Source of the DNA: an uncultured virus (IMG/VR IMGVR_UViG_3300036715_001160)
Taxonomy: Duplodnaviria > Heunggongvirae > Uroviricota > Caudoviricetes
DNA: 64,000 nucleotides
Strand: one strand, 5' to 3'
IMG/VR virus record: IMGVR_UViG_3300036715_001160
Made by a program: the position numbers and the translations under genes. Shown here piece by piece: positions 9,001 through 17,600 of this stretch; positions within the stretch are counted from its first letter, which is position 1, and every line of letters starts with the position of its first letter. A model generated the notes under the pieces. That model was given only the letters and a program-made list of their open reading frames with translations, did no database searches and was not told the DNA's origin.

Positions 9001-11668
9001 CAATAAGTTTATCAAATTCTTGACTTGATAAACTTGTTATATTTCTTTTATTAAATTCACCACTGCGTATTTCACCATCATTATAAATGTGAATACCCTT
9101 ATCACCAGTTTTTACACCATTATATAGTGATATTCCTAATTTTGGATGTTCTTTACTTAATGAATCATGGATATATTTACCAGATAATATTTCTGTTTTT
9201 TTATTTTTTAAATTTTTAAGATGTTTACCTAATTTTGTATAATTATTATATTTATTTAAAAAACCAGTTCCTAAATCTTTACTTACTTTATTATATTTTT
9301 GATACAGTTGTTTTATATAATCTTTTAATTCATCTGGAGTAAGTTTTTTTTGTTTTTCTTTAAGATGTGCTGAAAGTTCAGGTGAATATTTTTTAATATC
9401 CTTACCATATTTTCCATTAAACATTGTTGAACCAAGTACATGAGCTAAATTTTCTACTTCTGTTACCCTTCTTAATAAACCATATTGTTTTGAAACAGCA
9501 GAGTCAGTAGAAAAGAAAAAAGCATTAAGTGAATCAATTGGTGTTTGCTCTTCATCTTGAAAATAACTATCACCTGTTGCACTTCCTCTTTTTGTTTTAT
9601 CAAAAGTATCAAATTCTTGATCTGTACCATGATATAATATATCAGTAGCTTGTGTACCTGCAAGTTTACCTTGAGTAGTAAGATAATTAATCCATTGAGA
9701 ATATTGTTCTTGTGTACCAATACTAGATAACTCTGGTCTATCTGTAAATAAATCTTCTACTCCTTCTTTAACATTAGTTGTTATTGCTTCCTTAACTTTT
9801 TCTGTTTCAGCAATAAAATCTTTATCTATTCTAAATTGAAAGTATGGATTATTTACTGCATCACCTTTGTTAGTTTTTTTATCAGCAGGATTTAAAATTT
9901 TTAAGTCTAATGATAAAAGAAAGTCAAAATAATCTACAGCATTAAATTTACCAGTGTTACGGTTATAATTATAAAATGCTTTATTATCAGCAATAATATC
10001 TTTATTATAACTCATTTGAGTTGAATATGTCTTAGTTATTGCATTAAATCCTTTATTTTCAAATGTAACTATACTCTCATTTAATAAACTATCAATTATA
10101 ATTTGTTCAGCATTTGAATCTGTTAAAGTTATTGATATTAATTGTTTATTGATTTTTGGATCTGGTCTATATCCTGCAGTAAGTATACCAGTATTTTCAT
10201 AATAATTTACAAATAATTTTCTTGTTTGAGTATTAATAGTATTACTAGTAAATTGCAAATAAAAATCATGTTTTTGTTTATTAGTTAATTTAGGATTTAC
10301 TAATACAGCAGCAATTTGATTTATATATTCTTCAGGTAAATTAGATCTATCAATTGCATAATTAACATCATTTATAAGTATTTCAGCATAAAATGTTGTT
10401 GGATTAATTCCAATAAGTCTTTTAAACTCAGCAGTTTTTTTAGTAGCAGTTAATAATTCTTTTAAAGTTGGGTTTTCTTTAGAATAAAAAATATCAACAA
10501 TACCAGTACTAATATCTGTTATGTTTAATAATTTATCTTGCCCAGCACGTACTTCATCTCTTAAGTCTTGTAATTCTTTAAAAACTTTTTGTTGTTTATT
10601 ATCAACTAATTCAAGAAAGTCTTCATATGTTGTACCCTGATCAATTAACCATTTTTTATATTCAGGCATACTCATTTTACTATTATGAGCATCTTTTTCA
10701 ATTAATTCTGCAGGTGAAAGAATTCTATCTTCTATACCATATATATCTGTAACTCTTAATTTATCAGAATTTTCTTCAGGTCTTACATCTCTTAGAAATT
10801 GATATACAGCTTGACCACCGTCTTCTTTAGTAGTTAGATTACTGTTTTCATCAAAATATAATATATTACCATTTTCATCAGCTACTACTAATGCAATTAT
10901 ATCTTTAGCAGGAGTTACATCTTCTTTACTAGTACCTTGTTTTACTATTGCATTGCTTTTTTTTACAAATTCAGCAGTAGTAGCATCAAGTAAACCAGCA
11001 GCAGCAAGACTTGTTAATTTTACTGTTTTTAATTTTAATACTTTACCTTGATAAATTAATTCAGGTCCACCTTCTTTTCTTACACCTTTTTCTTTAATGG
11101 TTCTTATTGCTCTGTATATTCTTTTTTTATTAAGGTCTTTTTCTTCTTTAACTGAAGTATCTTTTTCATCAGGATTTTTAGGAGAAAATTCTTGCATTGT
11201 AGAAGTAAAAGCATCATCTGCTTGCCATCTAAATGGATCATTAAGCATATCAAGGAAGTCATCACCTTGATCTGATAGAGGAGTATTTAATATACCTTTC
11301 TCTATCTCCATTCTAAATTCTAAATCTTCTAGAGTAGCTTCAGGTCTAAAATGTTTTAATGTCTCAAGTAAACCATTTTCTGTATTTCTGAATTTAGTAA
11401 TTAATTCTTTATTAGCATTTAAATCAAAATCAAAATCACTTGTATCTATTTCATCTTGCTCAACTGCATTCTTCATTAAAGTAGGTACAATTTGTAAAAA
11501 AGTAGATGCAGTATTAACATCTGTTTTTTTTTGTATTTTTTCAAATAGGTCAGTCATAAATGCTTCTGGAGCAAAAGCTTTATCAGACTCTAAAGAATTA
11601 AGCATTTGTTTATATATTAACTTATATAAATTTTCAACTTGTATTTGTGATAATGAACAGTTTACCAT
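1..11668 (-). CDS. Giant virion RNA polymerase polyprotein (>=3889 aa, 3' end outside window) with two ART-like domains, zincin protease and DUF4326-like module
   Basis: ATG at 11668 (MVNCSLSQIQVENLYKLIYKQ...). The frame was checked by hand at many points down to base 2. Its absence from the ORF track is consistent with no stop codon in the window. Two-barrel RNAP motifs: VRIPVQGMNS...IPPSEIVAKSGADYDVDKL (DYDVD 2756-2770), EGDGQGYI (4265-4279), HKFALMPL, FQSGSKVG. HEAWH at 7337-7351. Confidence 0.92.
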   Translation of the reverse strand, partial: MVNCSLSQIQVENLYKLIYKQMLNSLESDKAFAPEAFMTDLFEKIQKKTDVNTASTFLQIVPTLMKNAVEQDEIDTSDFDFDLNANKELITKFRNTENGLLETLKHFRPEATLEDLEFRMEIEKGILNTPLSDQGDDFLDMLNDPFRWQADDAFTSTMQEFSPKNPDEKDTSVKEEKDLNKKRIYRAIRTIKEKGVRKEGGPELIYQGKVLKLKTVKLTSLAAAGLLDATTAEFVKKSNAIVKQGTSKEDVTPAKDIIALVVADENGNILYFDENSNLTTKEDGGQAVYQFLRDVRPEENSDKLRVTDIYGIEDRILSPAELIEKDAHNSKMSMPEYKKWLIDQGTTYEDFLELVDNKQQKVFKELQDLRDEVRAGQDKLLNITDISTGIVDIFYSKENPTLKELLTATKKTAEFKRLIGINPTTFYAEILINDVNYAIDRSNLPEEYINQIAAVLVNPKLTNKQKHDFYLQFTSNTINTQTRKLFVNYYENTGILTAGYRPDPKINKQLISITLTDSNAEQIIIDSLLNESIVTFENKGFNAITKTYSTQMSYNKDIIADNKAFYNYNRNTGKFNAVDYFDFLLSLDLKILNPADKKTNKGDAVNNPYFQFRIDKDFIAETEKVKEAITTNVKEGVEDLFTDRPELSSIGTQEQYSQWINYLTTQGKLAGTQATDILYHGTDQEFDTFDKTKRGSATGDSYFQDEEQTPIDSLNAFFFSTDSAVSKQYGLLRRVTEVENLAHVLGSTMFNGKYGKDIKKYSPELSAHLKEKQKKLTPDELKDYIKQLYQKYNKVSKDLGTGFLNKYNNYTKLGKHLKNLKNKKTEILSGKYIHDSLSKEHPKLGISLYNGVKTGDKGIHIYNDGEIRSGEFNKRNITSLSSQEFDKLIAIGEKSYKEGINDINTLMSKAKITPLLYRVLLNVQKPLVKDFEGKTFVNQAYEAGAQYEASKLTNQAAKSKGQYDSVIFKNILDPYMSDNYGVFEPEQIYILGGKEDTEGFKNFVTTKSTSTPVDKIKEAKGDLVLKLKVNKDLSGTILSGMSKTNATFLMKVDGVTVEGRYEKGVSSNDVNLNDPVTFIVNDISPKIKNVVSIYRGDKKIGQVSETDFTLKPKVTKATILKEKEEKLANIKPVYHHTSVATKDFNFSTFQKGKDQISQFGDGLNVSSNTTSFLVKRYGKAIQGEINDADFVIIDANKSQQEMYEILTAKGFKFNTPQVGKATPSGATYLGGSAKIEYDDTDSLKDAPGAAISLFNDFQESNPKVKGVKVINHIIGNENVAPFYVIYDPKSFYGQGELTKKIEKETNEKLINLEKTTPKAPGTPQQEAAKKDETFSNPDKVSQPDEDSDIPFKLDEENEPDEPFELDRSSKLPNNVTQEEITAAKEWWDSSPLSKLIKLEHMANIVNSDVYARFIIAGKRLSDVSIQLDTATGGTAVDLYHEAWHAFSQLFLTKSQKTKLYAETRKRLNNYELAPEEVEEILAEEYRDYAKDPKAVGDAPIRNTIFRRIWNFIKALFGKRSIQEDLFERLFFASKNPKLLNKYTPLVDNHMFNKLNRARGVFNTETKELVLNYQDSLKVSTQIDSVLSKIIDEEYDDRLTNVINNVKDKAGKLVTANKTGTIQILTVEANKIKAYARTKKRFNAKLAEFKTELEATTQEDFNKRSLLNNKIRILETAIANWDNILEFHKEHSTFDLIKQKYIEINEEESETEGDTTGTEVVEETERFSDKKVGEKSLLQLAEKETLYILKSLFKIVDGKEVEGSLGFPELVDFSKIWNTVTKVIGGEKDPVKMYLKLQAAIPFYPELGQLVNKKFPDPRNIKTLQEFNIKAAFWQDFKKPLIRYVQLTVGIDEETDDYKSEVTDASIEFKNIINSFKSAFNSSAETKYISKGTNNKSTLKLDVLMKAFPDATSIGLPAQQIEFINALGVGLQDLISIKNELTGKSRDYGIPYIHQIAKEVYTLSKDPKLTNDKQKEFIKKFIDNPIDALYGKIPAGIHENTNSQKSVIQKLARLQNKFGNNYASFSVLNAEKKLVNEFTEDSTVTMIVDAINNVEKGRDLWTKPEYSYMSYLNPLINGFTEQSQLLKSIFKVEENTWDRKKDGRLDLVMVSGTQIVNVDGANTTSLDIHGKYIQELNMMLKSGFQEFMRHASKSASFGMKSTKIKNLYVDIDQFKPGGDADQYAVDNIFLGYIQAELIRIQKIRANKEEYKKYVGYNREIKSADGETVLGMAGEFFTAFDNILTKDTKEEIIKKVKNGKLLDYLESDPKLKEDITEQVIAYFERQSKDNKKDFQKSKWIDPALTNSLKKFELSTDDEETMLIKAHTMNAWIHNFETASLIYGDVVQYNHAKQELHKRNPGSTSGGRGFMTDQYTQNFLNSDLIKNTSYGAKLAAMDDFGSDYTPFNYSRTYNTAIMQEVKRSSVYIKNIEKGLREDYKNRGLSQSEIDYRLKKELKPYKEMEEGDGQGYITIDAYRLLRLAEKNWSSEQEDLFQKVISGKEISTEDITQIFPVYKLQNFGHLANTSLPVNAMHKFALMPLIPSLIAGSDLESLHHQMMKSNIQYATFQSGSKVGSITSQVDKNGKAVADQIYDDNGTQKTLKSDIAFTKNTIYLAYLKNVTAVPIKLKGKTVFSTQLRALILEGLYENGKLVNKAYTPFVKAYEDAVDSYTEILKTELLNEIGYEYKDGKYVSGDLTKFMDVVQRELTRKDLPEHLIDYIQVGSNNVLTKDLSLHMLSGDIEKMITSLVEKRIVKQKVKGEALVQVASSMTNGLWDLGFKFEKAQVAEIEKYLGTNNLPFYNPESIDLNVKYKDYTKEKLTEVFKRNKNILEDQAKYYTDRNAYNLKVETDYLEAVLAGKKPKVTSVPGNTSAMKVAIALQGDFKNLLKLKDLDGVEIGTRKRLNELIKDDEWLNKDNNRKSVTLSAVRIPVQGMNSMEFMEVYEFLDPAAGSIIIPPSEIVAKSGADYDVDKLTTFMPNIDADGNYVTSNISEETLKKLIANAESKGDKAEVVKLIALQKKAIENRLIDSIRGILQLPDNYATLVRPNETYLMKDIADDLVDSLPEYGRYKTISPTNVFEVGYNLAKHDYNMTGKDVLGIIALENKLHPLYTALGAALPKTYYGSVKNPKTKKYEDDTSIIYEMRLLLDHNETEDGRISLSGINSVDGQDKIADLFSHLMNGSVDVEKDAWIFFIQANKELIPMLLNLLKAGVPKRDAVYFISQPLVKEYANQQRLYDGVYANLTGKETLSDENKKYNALLDVLKQTDISESIYKANRTRLSNAIKSYNKEAKVSVKLSGVTKPYNTTLKSLIADIKADKVKINDIELINSSETGPLFKSIIADPNNEFYHPMSTPNYKDVVLAATEGMDKFTTADLKETMTNNDTTSPKAIAIFLHYVEYEKQIKDMSDLKRQSNPDTATSKTIQEIMQRKIGLDILSESSKIDQNLVNKLRKESILGSFFDNVITQDLVEPIFPLTNDKRVSAYLLNYIKNNNIPLKFGEGADGITNFITSFKQAMVNYIYQNRLNEIITTKEPFPGVPELFSTLNHQAYVTRFMSMISENSHLKELYSVLEQITDVPVNIFNSKTKQIKGQISVLTLNNKPVVKGALSDSYHQNLIDLADENVIKVKDPVKNKKISDMFKILPLISILQNGVGNTKYGLSYVLPDTTYFEIVEPASREFIANKMTTSTFDKIAAMMIANDPNVNNYIDDSIINKPTTQSSTSVNSNDIYSQLENKNVVISNIKTKDGKYDRDANIKEAKANNRVYTMEVVSDVNSFSNPWASFNRTGTIKTNTTKEAVINYIDWLTTDKFKDVKPKRKAFILDVLKSGKLKGRQLQYYAELGEPSHATALDYLINKYDWNTQSSTSVEKVIYNNNGLTIIENGLSE
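59..512. repeat. 22-bp direct repeat (1 mismatch) encoding the TQSSTSV linker, flanking a 144-codon module
   Basis: aacactagtagatgattgagta at 59-80 and aacactagtagatgattgggta at 491-512, both in the RNAP reading frame. Confidence 0.85.
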
Positions 11669-11672
11669 AATA

Positions 11673-14600
11673 TTAACAATCTAAGTCTTTTAATAATTCA
11701 TCATAAATTTCTGTTAATGTTTTATCATTAACATTTGCTTTTGCTTTATCTATATTTTTAGTATTAGAAAGAAAATCTTTTAATACTTTTAATGACTCAG
11801 CAATTAAGTCTTTATCTTGTGTATCCAAAATTTCATCAGCTTTTTGAGCTTCTTTAGCTTTTTGAATTGCTATTGTTGAAATATGTTTATCTAACTCAGA
11901 CAAAGATAATATTTTCTTTTTATTATTATATGTAAATTCTACACCATTCTTATCAGATTTTACAACAGTAATTTCAGCACCTATATTAGCAAAAACATCA
12001 TCTTCAGTTTTACCGGGTATAGTATCTATTACTACTACTACATCACCTTCATTAAGTAATGTTTTAGATATAACAGTATTTGCTTGTTTAAATTCTTCTT
12101 TTTTAGCTTTTACTAATTCACCAATTATTTTACTATCTTCTAGAGTTATCTGTTTAGTAACTTTAACTGCATTTCTTAAATCAACAAGATAGTTTTCAAG
12201 TACATTTGCTTCTTTAATAGAATTAAGTTTATCTGTTACTTCAGCAATTGTAATTCTTGGTTTTACAGTATCAGCTTTAGTATCTGTAGTATTAACTTTT
12301 TCAGTTGTAGGAGTTTCTAAAGCAGCTAGTTTTGCATCATATTTAGCATTGATTTCTTGTAGTTTAGAATTAATATATCCACTTACATCAGTTTGTCCAT
12401 TAATAATACCTAAATCTTTTTTTCCATAAAGCTCTTTATTAAAAGCTAATTCATTTTCAACTAGGCTAAGAACATTATAATAAGGATGATTTTTAACTTG
12501 TCCTTTATCTAGATCATGTTCCCAGTTTAATGTTTTATTTAATATATCAGCATACTCTTTTATTGCAGCACTATTATAGTTTACATTTACCTGAGTATCA
12601 ATATCACCTTTAATTAACCAAGGGTTTCCTTTATCTTCACCAAAGCCAAACATTGGTGTCCATTTTCCTTTTTGTTTACCATCTGTTCCTTCAGAACTTC
12701 TATAAAAAGCTACTTTTACACCTGCAATATTTACTATAATAGGAAATCTTTTACCTAAGTTAAATGTTGCATTAGATGCAATTATACCTGATTTTATAAG
12801 AGCAGGTATTCTTTCTTGAAATGGTAATTTAGATACTCTTTCCACTTCTTCTCTTCTTCTTTCTATATCAGCTTTAGTATCTACACCACTACCTACTACC
12901 TTATCATTTAAAGTAGTTAATTCTGCATCATATTTTTCTTTTAGTTTTTCTTTAACTAATTTTTCATTCCCAGCTTCAATTGTTTCTTTTTTACCAGTTG
13001 CATCAGTATATACACCATAGTAACCCTCATCTGTTGAGTAATTAAATTGTACACTGTTATATGCAGTTTTTCTTCTTTTTTCTATATCTGTAGTATCTAC
13101 ATTAACTTTAGTATTTGTACTAACTTCTTTATCAACAACAGGAGTTGTTTCTTTTTTAATAACTCCTTTTCTTAAAGCTGCATACTCATCAGCAAATGCA
13201 AGTGCATTTAATGAAGCTCCTAGTTCATCTTGGTATTCTGTATAATTAAGATTTTCATCAACTATTTTAGTTAAGTCTTCTTTACTTAATACTTTAATTA
13301 TATCTTCAGGATATTCTAGTTCTACTAATTTTTCAACTAGTTTAGGATTTATTGCTGTAGCAACTTTTATACCTGGTGCTTTTGTTTCAATTTTAATTTT
13401 AGCATCTATCTTAGATTTAGCTTTAGCAAAACTAGGATTATTAATATCAAGTGAAAAATACCAATTATCAAGACCTAATAATTCTGGATTAGTAGGTTCT
13501 TTTACAGATATTATCTGATATTTTTTTTGATTAATAATTGTTTCAAGAGGCATGATGTTTATTTCAGCATCAAGTCCTGTCATCTTTTTTAATAATCTAG
13601 CATAAGTATATTGTTGTAAAGTATAATCTTCAGTTTTATTTAAACCTGATTCTGTTTTGTTAACAAATCCATTCCATTTTTTTTGTTCACCAGTTTTAAA
13701 ATCTATTATATGTAATTTACCAGTTTGATCAATAAGTAGTAAATCCATTTCACCAGCAACATTACCTTCTTCATCAAATACTACAAGACCTTTTGCTAAT
13801 ACATATAACTCACCTGAGTCTATTTTTTGTTTAATAGGTTTTAAGAAACCCGTAGGTCCAAACATACTATTATATGCTTCACTAGTAATTTCTGATTCTT
13901 TAAATTCTGTTTTTTCTTTAGAGAAAAAATTTCTTAATTGCTCATCTAAATATGTACCAGCTTTTCTTGTATACTCATATGCATTTTCAGATATATGATT
14001 TTGTATAGCTTCTAATAAATCTTTTTTATTTTTAATATTACTAGTTTCTGGATTAGCAAGTATTTCATTTAAATACTTTCTTAAATTATCTGAGCTAGAT
14101 GCAATACCATCAAGAGTATCTTTTGTATATCCTGAATTTTCTAATGCAACTAATTTTTTATCAATATTAGTCATAAAAGCATTAATGCTTTCTTCAGTTA
14201 ATTTAGCTTGTGCAAAAACATCATTAAATACTTCACCTATAATTTTTTTACCTTTATAAGTAAAGGCTTCAGATTTTAATTCTTGTGTATAATTAGTTAC
14301 TCTTTTTAATAAATCACCTTTTGACCCGTTTAGTAAGTAACCACTTTGACCAATTTTTCTTATGTTTTTTTGTTGAGCAGATAATTTTTCTTCTATAATT
14401 CTTATTGTCTCTTGAATATCTGGCTTAAAGTTTTTTATTAAACGTGTAGCTATTAATTTTTCAAAATCATTAATTACTTTTGAATAATAAGCTTTTTTAA
14501 CAGGGTCTTCTTCATTATCTCTAAAGTTCTTAAACTGAGTACTTAAAGTTTTTATTTGCTCATTGCTATATTTAGAAGTGTTATTTGTTTTATTATTATA

Positions 14601-17600
14601 CTCAAAATCAAAGTCTTCTATTCTACCAGATTTTTGTTTTTCTACTTCTTCTACATTTTTATCATTATACTTATCTATAATGGTTTTAGCTTTAGGATCT
14701 TTTTCAATAAATGCTTTAAACATATTTGATATCTCTTCATCAGATACTTCATCTTCAACTGCAGATGCTAATGCTTCAGATTTATTAAATTCTTTTTGTA
14801 ATTGACTATATAAGTCTTTAGGAAAATCTTTTAAATCAGTATATATTGAGTATTGTTTTAATTCATTTTTATCTTTTTCAGCATCAAAAGTATCTATTGC
14901 TTCTTTTTTAAGTGCAGTATATTTTTTATTAAGTTCTTGAACATCTTCTTTACTTGGTTTAAGTTCAATTTTATATATTGTGTATTGAGAAAATGTATTT
15001 TTAATATTTTCTAGTTTTATTATACTACCGTTTTTATCAGTAGTTCTTAAACCTTCAGGAGAATTATATAATATTACAACTTTATCTGTTTTTGAAACTA
15101 TTACTTCTACATAATCACCAATAGCTAATGCATCAATAATTTCTTTAATTTTTATGTTATCTTTTTTAACAGTTGCACCTTTTGTTTTTACTTCAGTTTT
15201 TGGTAATAAATTATATTCTTTATTATATGCATTTTTTAACTCATCAAGTTTTACTTGTAATTTTTCATCAAAGTTTTCTTTTGAAGGAGCATTATTTTTT
15301 AATTCTTTATTTTGCTGTAACCTGTTAAATATTATAGCATATTCAGCACTACCTGGTTTTATTACCTGCTTAGTAGTTTCATTAAGAAATTCTTTAGGTG
15401 GGATATCATTCTCCATATAATCTTGGAATGCATCAAGATCCATGAATATGTTTTTATCAGCTAATGCATTTAAGAATGTATTATTTTCTAATCCATTAAT
15501 TTGTGTATTAACCATATCTACAAAATAGTCTTTTCTATTATTGTACATATTGCTCATCCAAATTTGAGATTTTTTAAGTTGATCCATAAAAGATTGTGGA
15601 TCATGTAATAAATTAATTTGATTTACAAGTACTTTTTGCTCATCACTTAGCTTATAATGATCTTTAAGCATACTAAAGGTTTCATCAATATCAGTATCAA
15701 ATATATAAGTTGAATCAATACCATTTGTAGTTTTTAAATAATTTTTATATGCTATTTCTAATTCATTATTTATTGCATTTTGTTGAATCTCAAGTATTTG
15801 TTCTTTATCTTCATCTGTTAATTCATCAACACCTTGTTGTTGTCTTACTGCTTCAAATAATTCATTAGAGACTTTAGCTTTTCCTTCTGCATTATTATAT
15901 AAAGCATACATACTATGAGCAGATGAAAAATCTTCTAATGCTTTTACTCTATTTTGTTTTTTTAATATTTCTGTTTTAGCTTTAGGATCAGTTGATTGAC
16001 TAAATGCTTCTATTTCTGATTTAACTAATTGTATTTCATCATTTATTTTTGAAGGTTCAAATACCATAAGCATGTCTGCTTGAGACATTTTTTTCATAGA
16101 TGGGTTATCTAGAATCTTACCAGAAATGCTTGTCATTCTTTTAGCATTATCCATAAAACTATGATTAGCAAAAACATAATTTTTTATCCCCATCTGCCAA
16201 GCTTCACTTAGTATTGCAGCATCTCTATATTCAGGTAAATCTTTATCATATTTACTTAAATCAATTGGATTAGGAAATCTTTCATTTGCATAATTATATG
16301 ATTTCTTTACTTCATCTATGCTAGATAAAATATTATCAATCTTATCTTGTTGCTTAGCTCCTTTACCTTTTTCAAATCCAAATGCTTCTTCAAATTCATC
16401 TACTGATAAATCTTTCATAGATCCAATATGATCTTTAAAATATTCAATTGTATCAGTATTTAAAGCAGTATATACTTGACTAACAAATGCATCACTTAAC
16501 TCATCTTTTCCTTCTTTAGTATCTGCTTCATCTACATTAGACACTGTATTATTTTGAACACCATAGTTAAATAATCTTGAATTAAAAAACTCTTTAGGAT
16601 CTTTATACAATGCAGTTAATTCTTTTGCTACATCATCACCATGTGTTTTTCTTAAATCTTTATATTTATTATATTCTTCTTTGTTAAAAATATTATTATA
16701 ACCTGCATCTAAACCTCCTTTAACTAAGTTTAATCCACCAGAAAATACACCCATTAATGCACCTGATGCAAAAGTTTCTAGTCCTTGCCAAGAAACTTGA
16801 TCTTTTAATCCACTAAACATTAATGAAGCTTTTCCTTTATTATAGATATGTGCTCCTAATTCTTTATTTTTATAGGCATCTATATAATATTTTTCATTAG
16901 CTATTGTAATAACATCTTGTAAATTTTCTTGAACACCTTCCATTACATTAGCTTTCATGTATTTACCAACTACTTTAATACCAGTTTTAAATGGTGTTTT
17001 CTTAAATCCTTTAAGTGAGTTTTTAAATGAATTAGCAACAAATGTAAATTCTCCTTGAGCTAATTTTTTACCAGCTACAGCAGTTTTTTCTAAAATAATT
17101 TTACCACCTTTCATGGCTAATACATCATCTATCTTAGAATTAATTATTCTTTTACCAACACCTGATTTTAATAGATTAGGAATTACAACTTTATTTGTTG
17201 CAAATATCAATGCCGTATTCCACATTAATGTATTTGCACCAGATTCTTTTGCAGTTTTAGTCATTTCATATTGCTCTTCATTACTTGGAGCTCTCTCATT
17301 CTTTCTATAGTATTCATCATATAGAGTATCATATACTTTATTATCATTCATACCACCTTCTAGACGGGCTTCTGATAATGCCATATTAATATTTCTTATA
17401 TCTCTAAATAACCCACCTGCTGTTTTACTTGTTCCTTGTGCTAATCTTGCAAGACCTGTTAGGTTATCTGCATTTTTACCAATACCTGCAATTGCATCAA
17501 ATGTATTTTCAATTGGATTTAAAAATCTACCAACTTTACTTGCATTAATATTTTTTGCTGCTGTGTATATATTTCTTGTTGCACCAATAGTATTTGATTC

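Noticed and set aside
9472..9720. 82-aa minus-strand ORF and other short out-of-frame minus ORFs (27108, 29232, 33311, 38178, 43506, 48220)
   Set aside because: Nested out of frame within real genes or spanning a terminator; 9472-9720 lies inside the vRNAP ORF.
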